A stretch of 64,000 nt of DNA, from positions 1 to 64,000 of IMG/VR virus record IMGVR_UViG_3300015374_000002. One strand, written 5' to 3'. The notes under the pieces are model-generated. The model was not told the origin of the DNA. It searched no databases and was given only the letters and a program-made list of their open reading frames with translations. The translations under genes and the position numbers were made by a program. Shown one piece after another: positions 10,364 to 20,500 of the stretch. Numbering within the stretch: position 1 is the stretch's first letter; each line of letters opens with the position of its first letter. The DNA comes from a virus. Taxonomy: Duplodnaviria > Caudoviricetes.

Positions 10364-10506
10364 TCTGGGGCTCTCGGCTTTCGTGTGCTGGGTTCGGTGG
10401 CTGCGTTGCAGGTGGTGGCCGACAACGTGGTCTCCTGGGATAGACGGGTCACCCACTCAGTATACAGTCATTTAGCGCCACGATGCAAGGGTGGTTTGAG
10501 GACCCG

Positions 10507-13500
10507 TCACAACATCTCCACCCGGATGTCGCCGTCAGCATCGAAGATCACGAACTCCTCCTCGTGCAGACACCCGAACCCGGTCCGCGCCGTACCCAGC
10601 ACCAGCTCTACCGGGAATGACGCCTTCAACATCACCTTGTGCTCGCCGCCGGACGCGAAACCCTTCGACGTCATGCGGTTGGTGGACCAGGAGTTGACTG
10701 GTTGCAGATGAACCGGCCGGTCACCCGCCGTCTTGGCCCACTCCGGCGTCGGCGCCCACTCCGGCGTCGGCGTCGGCTTCCCGTAGCTGGCAGAGGGGAA
10801 GAACTTCATGCCGCGATACACCGACACATGCGTGATCCCCGCCGCCTTGAACTCCTCCTGCGTGTGCTCGTACATTACCCGCGCCACCCGCTGGTACCAC
10901 GGCCCCGACGTCGGCCAACGCTCCGCCATCACCTTGTCGAAGTCCTCCTGGCTCATCCTCGGCGCCGACGGCGCGTTGAGTCCGAACTCCTGCTTGACCG
11001 CCTCCTGCATGACGACCGCGTTGGGACTACTGTCGCCGGAGGTTCCCGCCCACAAGCTGACCCGCTCGTTGATCTCATGGGCCAGGGACGCCTGTCGCGC
11101 ATCGCTGGACAACGACTCGAACGCGCCCACGTCGGTGGCGTGGGCGCGAGAGGCGCGGAACTTCTCCCAGTCGGTCGGGTTGTTCAACCGGGCGGCCAGC
11201 TCGGCGTGGATGTTGGCCTCCGTCTGCGCGGCTACTCCGCCCTGGTTCTTGGCCAGAGGGTGCACATTCTTACCCGCCTGCTTCAGCCACTTGTCGGCAG
11301 TTGCGTTCTCGGCGGAGGTGAAGTCCGGCAACACCTTCGGCAGGCCGCCGAAGGCGCCCAGCTTGAAGTGCTCGTGCATCAGCGACGTCTCAAACGCCGC
11401 CGCCATCTGCGCGACCTCGGCTTCGCTATAGCCCTGATCGCGCAGCTTGTTCTTGTACAGCGTGACCTTCAGCCGGAACTTCTTCGCGTCCGCCTTCTCC
11501 AGCTTCCCGTTCTCCAGGGCGGCCGTCACCGACGCCACCTCGGCCTCAGCCTTGGCCTTGGCGGCGGCCTGCTCGGCAGCGAACTTTTCAGCCGCCTCCT
11601 TGGCCTTCTTCTTCGCCTCCTGGTCCTTCTTGAAGTCGGCGTATCCGAGCTGGGCGCGGCTGAAAGCCGCAATCACCGCGTCACGCGGCAGGGCGGCCGT
11701 CGCGAACAGGTCCTCCGGCAGCAGCGCGTCAGTGGTGTCGTCGGCTTCGACGTCCTGCATGTTGGCCAGGAACCGATCTTCGACCACCTTGCTGTACTTC
11801 TTGCGCAGTGCGGTGTTGAAGTCGGTCGTCGTCCCCATGGCCGCGTCGAGGATCTTGGCCCGTTCGGGGAACAAGTCGGAAAAGCGCACCTTGTCGCCAC
11901 TGGGCGACAGCGCGCCCAGCCCGCCCTCCCGGCGGTCCTTCATCCACAGCCGCACCGACTCTGCGAAGTCCTCACGGGGGTCCACTGATCCGTACTCAGT
12001 GACGCCGTTCGTGCCCAGCGAGATCGGCTTGACGTAGTTGTAGACGGCGCTGGGGTTCAGGCCCGACGTCTCCTTGAACGTCTTGGCGAAGCGGCCAGCA
12101 ACGAGCTGGTCACGTTGCTGCGCTTCGTTCCAGGAGATCTCCTGGCCGTAGACGACCGGGCCGTCTGCCTGCGAAAGCCACTGATCGACGCCGAAGCCTT
12201 GGGAATCGACGGTGTGGCCGAACTCGTGCGCCAAAGTGGTCGGCTTCGGATCCTGCCCGGCCCAGATCGTGGTGCCGCCGAAGGCGCCGGTGGCTTCACT
12301 GTGGAAGCCCGGCATGTTGTACTTGGCGGCCCAGTAGGAGTCGGCCGGGTTGGCGCCCTGCAACAGTGCCAGGCCGCGCTGCAACGCGGCCTTGTCCTTG
12401 GGGGCGAAGTTCAGGACCGACTCCAGCATGGCCGCCGTCGCGTCGCCGCGCGCCTTCGCCGCGCCCGCCGTCTCTCCCGGCTTCAGCTCCACCAGGTAGG
12501 AGCGGCTCTTGTAGCGCCAGGCGATGCCGTTGGTGACGGTGTAACCCTCGATCGTCAGGTCAGTGACGGGGATGGGTTCGGTGTTGGCGCCGGTGAGTCC
12601 GAGCTGGTCGAACCATGGCACGGTGGACGGCACCCCGCCGGGGCCCTGTTGGGTCGCGGCGGCCGGGATGTCGGGGTCGGCCTTCTTCTCCCCGTCGGCT
12701 GCGATCAGGGCGTCCTTGAGCACCTGAACGGCTTCGTCGTCGTCGTACAGCGCCGACGGCTCGTCCCCGACATGCTTGGTCTTGTCGTCCACCTTCAACG
12801 CGTCGTCAAGGCCGCCGCCGGTGTCGTGGAACTTGTACAGCGGCGTACCCGGGCCGACGAACCTGATCTCGGTGTCGCCGTTGGCGTTGGTCATCGTGAA
12901 CTTGTGGACGCCGTACCACGGCACCGCTTCGGTCACGGTGCGGATGTCGGCCTTGCCGCCCTTGCCCGGCAGGGCGATCACGTCGCCGCCCTTGACCGTT
13001 TCCACGCCGATCGGAGACGCCTTGTCGGAGGTGGGGATCGCCGACGCCTTGAAGCCGCGAAGTTGCGCCACCACCGAGTCGAGCCATTCGGCGCCCTTTC
13101 TCAGGGAATTCGCCTTCGCCTTCGGCGTGGAGGAGGACTGGGCGCGGGCCCGCACTACGGCCGCCAGCGCCTCCGCCTGACTGGCGGTCAACGGCTGTTT
13201 GGCGCGCAACGCGGCGGCGCCCTCGCGGGCGTTGACGCCGTAGTTGAGCGCCGGATCGTCAATCGCCAGGTCATTGATCGCATTGCGCTGGGAGGCGGCC
13301 ATGTCCACCTTGGCCGCAGGGACGCCACCCGGCCCATCGACGATGGGCGACGGCGGCGACGGCTCCAGCGGGACCCTCGCCGGGGCAGGTTTCGCCGGAG
13401 GTTTCGCCGCCTGCGGCTGCGGCTGTGGCTTTGGCTGCGGTTTGCCGTCGAACGCCACATGCTGCCGCTGGACTAGCCGATCACGCCGCTCCCCGGCCAC

Positions 13501-13731
13501 CCGGACGCGAATGCGACCGGTCGCGGCATCGACGCCCTGGAATGTGCCGCGCGCACCGCCCAGTAGCCGGACCGGGTCACCGGTCTCCACGAACCGGCCA
13601 TGCCGGTCGCGCGGATGCTGGGCGGGCCGCCACTGGGGTCGCCGCACCTTGAAGGTGACCGGGCCGCTGCTCCATGTCTGCGACTGCGGCAACGCCTCGT
13701 AGACGGCGTCGCCGACCCCCCACCGTGACAA
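10507..13731 (-). CDS. head-associated multidomain protein: HPRDxxGRF motif, zincin metallopeptidase, C-terminal ADP-ribosyltransferase-like domain
   Basis: WRPAQHPRDRHGRF; LAHEFGH ... EYG..DPREDFAES; VYRG ... SWST ... HEEEF (R-S-E pattern). Confidence 0.75.
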   Translation of the reverse strand: MSRWGVGDAVYEALPQSQTWSSGPVTFKVRRPQWRPAQHPRDRHGRFVETGDPVRLLGGARGTFQGVDAATGRIRVRVAGERRDRLVQRQHVAFDGKPQPKPQPQPQAAKPPAKPAPARVPLEPSPPSPIVDGPGGVPAAKVDMAASQRNAINDLAIDDPALNYGVNAREGAAALRAKQPLTASQAEALAAVVRARAQSSSTPKAKANSLRKGAEWLDSVVAQLRGFKASAIPTSDKASPIGVETVKGGDVIALPGKGGKADIRTVTEAVPWYGVHKFTMTNANGDTEIRFVGPGTPLYKFHDTGGGLDDALKVDDKTKHVGDEPSALYDDDEAVQVLKDALIAADGEKKADPDIPAAATQQGPGGVPSTVPWFDQLGLTGANTEPIPVTDLTIEGYTVTNGIAWRYKSRSYLVELKPGETAGAAKARGDATAAMLESVLNFAPKDKAALQRGLALLQGANPADSYWAAKYNMPGFHSEATGAFGGTTIWAGQDPKPTTLAHEFGHTVDSQGFGVDQWLSQADGPVVYGQEISWNEAQQRDQLVAGRFAKTFKETSGLNPSAVYNYVKPISLGTNGVTEYGSVDPREDFAESVRLWMKDRREGGLGALSPSGDKVRFSDLFPERAKILDAAMGTTTDFNTALRKKYSKVVEDRFLANMQDVEADDTTDALLPEDLFATAALPRDAVIAAFSRAQLGYADFKKDQEAKKKAKEAAEKFAAEQAAAKAKAEAEVASVTAALENGKLEKADAKKFRLKVTLYKNKLRDQGYSEAEVAQMAAAFETSLMHEHFKLGAFGGLPKVLPDFTSAENATADKWLKQAGKNVHPLAKNQGGVAAQTEANIHAELAARLNNPTDWEKFRASRAHATDVGAFESLSSDARQASLAHEINERVSLWAGTSGDSSPNAVVMQEAVKQEFGLNAPSAPRMSQEDFDKVMAERWPTSGPWYQRVARVMYEHTQEEFKAAGITHVSVYRGMKFFPSASYGKPTPTPEWAPTPEWAKTAGDRPVHLQPVNSWSTNRMTSKGFASGGEHKVMLKASFPVELVLGTARTGFGCLHEEEFVIFDADGDIRVEML

Positions 13732-13820
13732 CCCGATCTCCTAGTCGTATGGGGGGAAGAGTCCCGGCGTGCCGGGGGGCCGAATCGCCGGGAATCTTCG
13801 ATTGCGAGGGGTTGAGAGTG

Positions 13821-14288
13821 TCAGGAGGTAGTGAAGGCGGACGTCTTGGTCGCGGTGCCGCCGGTCGTGGTGACGGCCACGCTGTAGGTCCCGGCGGTCT
13901 TCGCCGGAGACACCGCCGTGATCGTCGTGGGGTTGACGACGACGACGGACGTGGCGGCGGTGCCGCCCACGGCCACCGTGGCGCCGGGCGCGAAATACGT
14001 GCCGGTGACAGTGAAGGCGGTTCCGCCCGCCGCCGCACCGGCGGCCGGGGCCACCGTGGAGATGGTCGGCGTCGCGAACGCGGCGTCCCAGTCCTTCTGC
14101 TTGATGATCTGCCCGGCCCGGAACTTGAGCTGCTTCTTGACGGTCGGGTAATTGACGTGGTCGTAGGCGCTGTCCTCATACACGTTGACCAGCACCTTGA
14201 CGCGCGGCTCCGCTTCAGCCTGCGACTCCAGCACGCCGCCACCCGGAACCTTCGCCAGCGGCGTACCCGCAGCGTTCACCAAGGTCAT
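13821..14288 (-). CDS. IPT/TIG (Ig-like) domain virion protein
   Basis: PTISTVAP..G..AGGT..TVTGTYF ... pattern. Confidence 0.8.
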   Translation of the reverse strand: MTLVNAAGTPLAKVPGGGVLESQAEAEPRVKVLVNVYEDSAYDHVNYPTVKKQLKFRAGQIIKQKDWDAAFATPTISTVAPAAGAAAGGTAFTVTGTYFAPGATVAVGGTAATSVVVVNPTTITAVSPAKTAGTYSVAVTTTGGTATKTSAFTTS

Positions 14289-14530
14289 GGGAATACCCCC
14301 TCGATACGTAGTCGTGGGGGTGGTATCGGCGGCCATCATGCAGGCCGTGCGCGGTTAGCGTCGCGGGCTAACGCGGATACCCCACATGGCGAGGATTCGG
14401 GCGACGTCTGCCGGAAGGTCGGCGTCGGAGGTCGCCCGCAGGCAGGCTTCGGCCACCCGCATCCGGTCCCCGACCGAGGGGTTGTGATCGTGCAGTGCGC
14501 GGGCGATTCGGCGCGACAGCTCGGGACTGA

Positions 14531-15310
14531 TCATGCTTCCACCACCACCGCCGACCGGTTCAGTACGATCAAGAAGTCGCCCTTGCCAGCGCCCTTGGCA
14601 AGGATTGCGTCGTAGCCGTTCATGGCGGCGAACCTGCCGAAATCGGAGGTCAGGATGCCCAGTTGCCTGCCTGGCTTCTGCTCGTCCAACGGCAGCTTGG
14701 CCACCGCCGTCATCGCCTCATTCAGGTGGTCGAAAGTCGCCTTCATCAGCTCTTCATGCCCGATCACTTTGGCGTTGGGACGCAACGCCATCCTAATGAT
14801 CGTTTTGCCGTATTTGTCGGCGTCCTTCAGGTTCGTCGAGGAGTAGGTGCCATTGCCGAACACGCCGAGCCCAGCGAAGTAGTCGCCCGTCTTGAACTGC
14901 TCGGCATACTGTTCGGCGTCATCCCCACTCAGTCCTCGAAACAGCTCCGTCCCGCCATTCTTGACCACCTCATCGACGTCGCCGAGTTCCGGGAGGGCGT
15001 CGAATCCCTGCTTGCGGTAGATCTCTTTGAGCCCGTCGTCTCGATCTTTGGCTGCGTCAATGCTGGTGAGTGCGGCAATCGCCGGAGCCAAGTCTTCATC
15101 CTTCCAGTCGTTCATGCTCATACGCGGCGCGGCCCTATACCCACCAGCCGAGCCGCTGCCGCTAGAGAATCGTCCGCGTCCATCCCGTCGCCGCCCGGCA
15201 CCATCACGCCAGCCGCGTCCATGCGTGGACTGATCGTGACGGCCCGGAAGATGCTTCAGCACCAGGCGCAGCGTCACCTCTGACGACTGCCGGATCAGGA
15301 TCAGCTTCAC
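14531..15310 (-). CDS. head-associated ADP-ribosyltransferase-like protein
   Basis: GTG overlaps portal stop; KHLPGRHDQSTHG and RDGRGRF motifs; LFRG ... GVFGNGTYSS ... GYDAI. Confidence 0.65.
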   Translation of the reverse strand: MKLILIRQSSEVTLRLVLKHLPGRHDQSTHGRGWRDGAGRRRDGRGRFSSGSGSAGGYRAAPRMSMNDWKDEDLAPAIAALTSIDAAKDRDDGLKEIYRKQGFDALPELGDVDEVVKNGGTELFRGLSGDDAEQYAEQFKTGDYFAGLGVFGNGTYSSTNLKDADKYGKTIIRMALRPNAKVIGHEELMKATFDHLNEAMTAVAKLPLDEQKPGRQLGILTSDFGRFAAMNGYDAILAKGAGKGDFLIVLNRSAVVVEA

Positions 15311-17742
15311 CCCGCCAACACCTCCCGCTCGGCCCGGGTCGTCCGGATTCGGGCCCCGGCCGGGGTAGCCACGAACTGGCCGGTGACGGTGGAGCGGTGG
15401 TTCAGCCAGCAGCGGCAGCCGTACACCTCGTTCGGCGGCCCATCCGGGTCGCCCGGGTGACGCAGCCACGCCTTGCCCACCGCGAACATCTCCCCGAGGG
15501 GACGCTGCTGCCCCTGGGCCTTGACGTGGGTGGGCCGTACGTGGGTGTCGCGGCGGGTGTTCCACATCGCCTTCACCGCCCGGCCGGGCTCCAGGTCGGC
15601 CCACGCCTGCGCGGTGACGGCGCGGGCGCCGTTGATGGTGGCGGTGGCCGCCTGCACGGCGATCTGGTCCGACCAGGTGGCCAGGGCGGCGCTGTAGTCG
15701 TGCACCGCCTGCCCGATCTGCTCGATGGAGTCGCCGTCGGCGTCACGCTGCCGCATCAGCGCGGCCACCTTTCCCGCCTGGTCGGCCGCCGCCGCGCTGA
15801 GTTTGGCGACGATGACGGCCACGACCGGGGCGACGGTGTCGGCGACCGGTGGCGCGTCCGGGGTGCCGAAGTCGGCCAGCAGGGCGGCGGCGGCGGCGAT
15901 GGCGGCGGCTCCTACGATCGGGTGCGCCGTCTGGGCGGTCTCGTCCTGCCAGCGCTGCGGATCGACGGCCTGTTCGGCGTTGATCTCCTTGGTGCCGACG
16001 CGTAGATCCACGTCGTAGGCGGCGGTCCAGTGCCGGGTGCCCTTGCGCGTCTTGGGGGAGGACAGCCGGGCGGTGGTGCGGGCGGTCAGCCGGATCATGA
16101 GCGCGGTCAGGGCGGCCGACAGGGACGCTTCCAACTTGTCGAACATGGCGGGTGTCGGTGTGGAGTCGGCGTTGCGTTCGGCCGCCTTGGTCTCTGCGGC
16201 CGGGCGGATCAGCCGGATGACGGGCCGGGCCGTCGGTTCCGGTGTGGCTGGGACGGGCGGCAGGATCATCAGGTGCTTCTTGCGCGGCCCTGACGGCTCG
16301 CCTGCGGCCGGTTTCGGCCTGGCCGCGCCGTCCCCGCCCGAGGGCGTCGTTTCGGCGCCTGCGGCCGGTTCCTGCCCCGGCGGGGGCTGCTTCTGCGCCT
16401 GGGCGATCTCGATCTGTTGTTGCGCTTCCTCCTGGGCGGCCAGGCCGAAGGTTTTGGCGTCCTCTTCGGAGGTGGGGATTTCCTGCTTGGCCTGCGGCAG
16501 CCATAGGGAGCGGGTGTGCTCGTTGTCCACCGCGTCGTATCCGGCAGCCTCCCGGTATTCGTCGATGGAGATCAGTCCGGCTTCGAACTCTGTGCGGGCC
16601 TCCTCCCGGCGTAGCCGCTTGGCCCGCTGGAGGACGTCGATCTCTTCGGTGTCGAAGAAGCCTTCCAGGTCGTCGGAGGAGTCCTCATCCAGTCCGGTGA
16701 TGATCAGCGACAGGTGGGGGGGCATCGTGATCGACCAGTAGTTGTATTCCTCCTGCTCGGCATTGTCCCAGGTTCGGCCGGAAGCATCGCCAATGACCGA
16801 TTCGGGGACGCCGAACGCCGTCAAGATCTCTTTCTTGGCGATCGTCGCGGTCGTCTCGTGCGCCATGTCGCGCGGCTGGGCGGCCAGGTCCACGTAGGAA
16901 ACCTCACCGGCGATGACGGTCAGCTTGCCCGCCTCGACGGCACCCTTGCCGAACCGGTCCTCAATGCGGTCCATGGACGTCTCGTCCATCTCGCCGTTGA
17001 CGGCCAGAACGCCGCCAGGCCGGGCGTCGTTCTTCAAAAACGCCACGTTGTACAGGCGGGTGAAGAAGTCCAGCTCAACGCTCATTCCGGCGGCTTCGAG
17101 CGGGGACACGCCGGAGTAGGGGTCGAGCGGATGCGGGTCTCTGAACCATTTGACGTTCTCGGTCTCGATGCGGGTACGGGAGCCGTCGGCGCGCAGCACC
17201 TCATAGTGGGAGATGAGGTCCTGGCCGGTTCCGGGCACGGGCATGGTGCGGCCGGGCGGCAGCAGGTCCAGGCGGACGATGTCGCCGTTACGGGCCCGCG
17301 TCACCTCAACGAACGCACCACGCTTGCTCAGCAGTAGTTGCGCAGACAACCGCTTGCGGAACTGGCGGGCCGTCTCCATCGGGTTGGCCCGCCGGTTCAT
17401 CACCCGATACAGCGGATGATCGTCAAGGACGTCCTCGCCCTGCTTCAGCCGGAACGGCAGCGACGATGCGTGCCCGGAGATCGACTCGACCGCCTTGAAC
17501 ACCCACACCACACGCTCGTACGCCTCACACACAGCCCGCTCTACCGGCCACGGCCGCGACCGATAGCCCTGGTAGAGCCCAGCCGACTGCAACGCGGCGT
17601 AGTAGTCGGCCAGCACCACTTTGGTTTCTGGTGCAGGTGAGGGCGAACGGCCGCGCCCCATGAGCCGCCGCATCGCCTGACGTACCTCCACCGGCCCTCC
17701 CCGCTTCGCGTGCCGGTGGGGACGGTACGTCTCAGATGTCAT
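15307..17742 (-). CDS. portal protein fused to MuF (gp30-like) minor head domain
   Basis: HK97 portal motifs (YSGVSPL, FLKNDARPGGVL, FGVP); C-terminal WNT..D..VRPTH ... HPGDP..P.EVYGCRC. Start may be GTG at 17691. Confidence 0.9.
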   Translation of the reverse strand: MTSETYRPHRHAKRGGPVEVRQAMRRLMGRGRSPSPAPETKVVLADYYAALQSAGLYQGYRSRPWPVERAVCEAYERVVWVFKAVESISGHASSLPFRLKQGEDVLDDHPLYRVMNRRANPMETARQFRKRLSAQLLLSKRGAFVEVTRARNGDIVRLDLLPPGRTMPVPGTGQDLISHYEVLRADGSRTRIETENVKWFRDPHPLDPYSGVSPLEAAGMSVELDFFTRLYNVAFLKNDARPGGVLAVNGEMDETSMDRIEDRFGKGAVEAGKLTVIAGEVSYVDLAAQPRDMAHETTATIAKKEILTAFGVPESVIGDASGRTWDNAEQEEYNYWSITMPPHLSLIITGLDEDSSDDLEGFFDTEEIDVLQRAKRLRREEARTEFEAGLISIDEYREAAGYDAVDNEHTRSLWLPQAKQEIPTSEEDAKTFGLAAQEEAQQQIEIAQAQKQPPPGQEPAAGAETTPSGGDGAARPKPAAGEPSGPRKKHLMILPPVPATPEPTARPVIRLIRPAAETKAAERNADSTPTPAMFDKLEASLSAALTALMIRLTARTTARLSSPKTRKGTRHWTAAYDVDLRVGTKEINAEQAVDPQRWQDETAQTAHPIVGAAAIAAAAALLADFGTPDAPPVADTVAPVVAVIVAKLSAAAADQAGKVAALMRQRDADGDSIEQIGQAVHDYSAALATWSDQIAVQAATATINGARAVTAQAWADLEPGRAVKAMWNTRRDTHVRPTHVKAQGQQRPLGEMFAVGKAWLRHPGDPDGPPNEVYGCRCWLNHRSTVTGQFVATPAGARIRTTRAEREVLAG

Positions 17743-17754
17743 TAACGTCGCTGG

Positions 17755-18093
17755 CTACCCAGCGGCGGCCACCGCTTCGTCGCCGTCGTCATCCTTAGGC
17801 CGTTCGCAGCCCAGGGCGGCGCAGTTGTGCTTGTGGTGGGCGCGCTTCTTGCGCTGACCGATCGGCCCGCCCCGCAGGTGCTCGTTGCCGTCGGCCGCCT
17901 CACACAGTTCATCGGCCACGTCAGTCCAGGGCCGTCTGCATTGGGAACAGTAGACGTCGAGTATGTCGATGCGCAGGTCTCGCGGGTGACGGACGCAGTG
18001 GCGTAGGACGGCGCGGAGCGCCTGCCGGTCGTCCAGGGCGATGGTGGCCGCCCCTACCCACGTGTGCGTGCGGCTGTACTCCGGCATCGGCAT
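17755..18093 (-). CDS. hypothetical Zn-binding protein
   Basis: CxxC and His/Cys clusters; GGGAGG RBS. Confidence 0.7.
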   Translation of the reverse strand: MPMPEYSRTHTWVGAATIALDDRQALRAVLRHCVRHPRDLRIDILDVYCSQCRRPWTDVADELCEAADGNEHLRGGPIGQRKKRAHHKHNCAALGCERPKDDDGDEAVAAAG

Positions 18094-18426
18094 ATGGACC
18101 CTCCCCGATCTGGGTCAAAACGGGAGGCTTGTGAACAGCCCCCCGGGAATATGGCTTGGCGCCATCCGATCGCCCTCGGACGTCGATTTAGAGCCCCTCG
18201 GGGTAGGGCCGAAAAGATCACGTCCCGGCGGCTCCTCGACCGGCCGCCTGGGGGCGGGTCAGGCCCGACGGCAAGCCTTGGAAAATGCTGAGACGCGTGA
18301 TGTTCATGCGATTCGAATCTACGGTAGTCCCGCAGGAAACCCCGTGCCAAGCGGGGTTCTACCGCGACGGCAAAGGTTTAGTCACGCGGCACCGGCGCCG
18401 CGCACCGCATGCTTGACGACGACACG

Positions 18427-20184
18427 TCACACCACCAACGTCGCCTTCTTCCGGACGGCCTTCAACAGCGGTTCGTAGATCGCCATGAGGAGCGCTTCGG
18501 CCCGGTCCGGCGACGTCAACCCGCGTTCCTTCAACTTCTTCTTCTGCTCAATCACGGTGAAACCGGACGGGTCGGTGGACATCGTCGGCGCCCGCAACTG
18601 AGCCAGAGTCCGGGCGTCCACCCGCAACCTGACCCGGCCCGCCTCATGCTCGGCATCCGGCTGCAACAGGCTGCGCATGGCCAGCCACAGCTCATCCCGC
18701 TTACGGCGCGGCATCAGGGTGGCGCCGTCGGGCTCCCGGTTCGTCGATTCCGCGACGTTCACCGGCACAATCACGGCGTCGTGCATCGGCGTCCCCTTCC
18801 CTTCCGGGGACCAGTCCAGCAGCGTGTTGTAGACGCCCCAGCCAACCCCGATAACGTCGATCTTGACGCGGATGCGGGCCTTGGTACCGATCGCCCGCCG
18901 TACCGCCTCCGCCCGCCGGATCTCCTGAAGAACACGCCCCGCCACGTCATTGGAGTTGCTGTTCGCCGGGCCGGAGGAGGCGTGCTGGATCGTCGCCAGG
19001 TCGCCGATCGACCGGGCGATGACGAACTCATCGCCTCCGCCCGCCGCGACGTCCACGCCGAGGCGGATCCAGTCGTTCTCCCGCACCCGCCACGCCTCAG
19101 TCTCATCCGGCAGGCCCAGCTCGTTCAGGACGAACGTGTGCTCGCCCGCCTCCGGCTCCTCCATCGCGGCGGCCTGGTCCACCCACATCGACGGCAGGAC
19201 CCGGTTCGGGCCACCCTTCGGGAACCTGGCGTACACCTTGGCCTGGGCATAGTTGGAGTCTTCGCCGTGCTCGCCGATCGTTTCGGCGATCCACGACTTC
19301 TTCACCAGATGCCGGGTGACGCGATGGGTCAGCCCGCCGGTGCAGGTCCGGCAGATCGGCGCGTCCTCCCCGGACACCGACGGGGTGTCGAACGCGGAGA
19401 TCGGGATCACCTTGGCCGCCGGGGAGCCGTCCGGGTTCGTCCGGGTGCACAACCCCTCGAACCAACTGGCTTCGTCGTCGGTGGGCGGGTTGCCGATGGC
19501 CAGCAGGTGGGATCCGGCCGTCGAGGTCATACCCCGGAAGTTGCGGCCGATCACCTCGGAGATACCGCCCGCCTCATCCACGATCAGCAGCAGCGAGGGG
19601 GCGTGGATACCCTGCACGGCCGCCTCATTCCAGGGGGCGGCGGACAGACCGTAGGCGGCCACGTAGGCGTTGTCCAACGACGTCGGGATCTTGAGCTGCG
19701 CCATGTCCACACTGCCGGGCAGCCCGGCGCGGGAATGCGCCATCCGCACCTCGGCCCACAGCAGCCGGACCACCTGCCGCCACGTCGGCGCCATCGTGAT
19801 GACCTTGGCGGTGCCGGGCGCGTGCGTAAAGGCGAACCACAATGCGCAGCGGGAAGCTGACCAGGTTTTGCCCGAAGCGTAACAAGATGGTACGGCTACG
19901 GCATCATTGTCCGGAATGGCGGCGAGGATCTCACGCGGCTTGGACCACGTGGCCTCCTGCAACACGTCGGTGACGAACCCGACCGGATCATCCACCCACA
20001 GGCAATAGGGTGTGCCACCCTCCCGGGCGGCCACGGCCAGCACCTGAACCCAGTCGGCGGCGCTCAGCGTCTTCATGAAGCCGCGCCGGGCGGCCACCGG
20101 CGCGGCCACCAGATCGGCGAACAACCGGGCCGCCTCATTCGAACGGCCACGCACCCGCTCCCGGGCGGCGGTGACGACACTCAC
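18427..20184 (-). CDS. terminase large subunit
   Basis: Walker A-like SCYASGKT, Walker B LLIVDEA, nuclease LGVDVA..G.D and SPDRAEA; GTG start overlapping upstream stop. Confidence 0.9.
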   Translation of the reverse strand: MSVVTAARERVRGRSNEAARLFADLVAAPVAARRGFMKTLSAADWVQVLAVAAREGGTPYCLWVDDPVGFVTDVLQEATWSKPREILAAIPDNDAVAVPSCYASGKTWSASRCALWFAFTHAPGTAKVITMAPTWRQVVRLLWAEVRMAHSRAGLPGSVDMAQLKIPTSLDNAYVAAYGLSAAPWNEAAVQGIHAPSLLLIVDEAGGISEVIGRNFRGMTSTAGSHLLAIGNPPTDDEASWFEGLCTRTNPDGSPAAKVIPISAFDTPSVSGEDAPICRTCTGGLTHRVTRHLVKKSWIAETIGEHGEDSNYAQAKVYARFPKGGPNRVLPSMWVDQAAAMEEPEAGEHTFVLNELGLPDETEAWRVRENDWIRLGVDVAAGGGDEFVIARSIGDLATIQHASSGPANSNSNDVAGRVLQEIRRAEAVRRAIGTKARIRVKIDVIGVGWGVYNTLLDWSPEGKGTPMHDAVIVPVNVAESTNREPDGATLMPRRKRDELWLAMRSLLQPDAEHEAGRVRLRVDARTLAQLRAPTMSTDPSGFTVIEQKKKLKERGLTSPDRAEALLMAIYEPLLKAVRKKATLVV

Positions 20185-20423
20185 GACGTCGCGGCCACCG
20201 GGACCGTGTAGCAGTCCCGGCACAACCGTTCGGACGGCTCAGCCAGCATCAGGGCCCCGGCCAGGCCGCACACGGTGTCTCCGGAGCGGGTACGCCGGTG
20301 GGCGTAGGGGGCGCCGTCGCAGGTCCACCGCAGCGCCGGATGCATCACGGCGCCGTCAGCCAGTGCCCGGTTCAGTTCGCCACGGCGGCGGCGGGCGGCA
20401 TCCAGGGAAGCGATCTCGGCCAT
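20181..20423 (-). CDS. hypothetical Zn-finger-like protein
   Basis: H..T.CG ... CRDC; overlaps terminase start. Confidence 0.65.
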   Translation of the reverse strand: MAEIASLDAARRRRGELNRALADGAVMHPALRWTCDGAPYAHRRTRSGDTVCGLAGALMLAEPSERLCRDCYTVPVAATS

Positions 20424-20463
20424 GCAGAGCAGCGTGCATGGCCGGACTGGTTAGCGTCGCCCT

Positions 20464-20500
20464 GTGGCTATCGTACGGCTATCTGCCGTACGATAGCCAC
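20464..20500. promoter_or_regulatory. perfect 16-bp inverted repeat (operator-like) covering a leaderless -10 box
   Basis: GTGGCTATCGTACGGC-tatct-GCCGTACGATAGCCAC abutting ATG at 20501; contains TACGAT. Confidence 0.65.

Noticed and set aside
10735-10775. Short tandem repeat (PTPEWA x2)
   Set aside because: A single in-frame 18-nt duplication in a loop; no sign of a diversifying system
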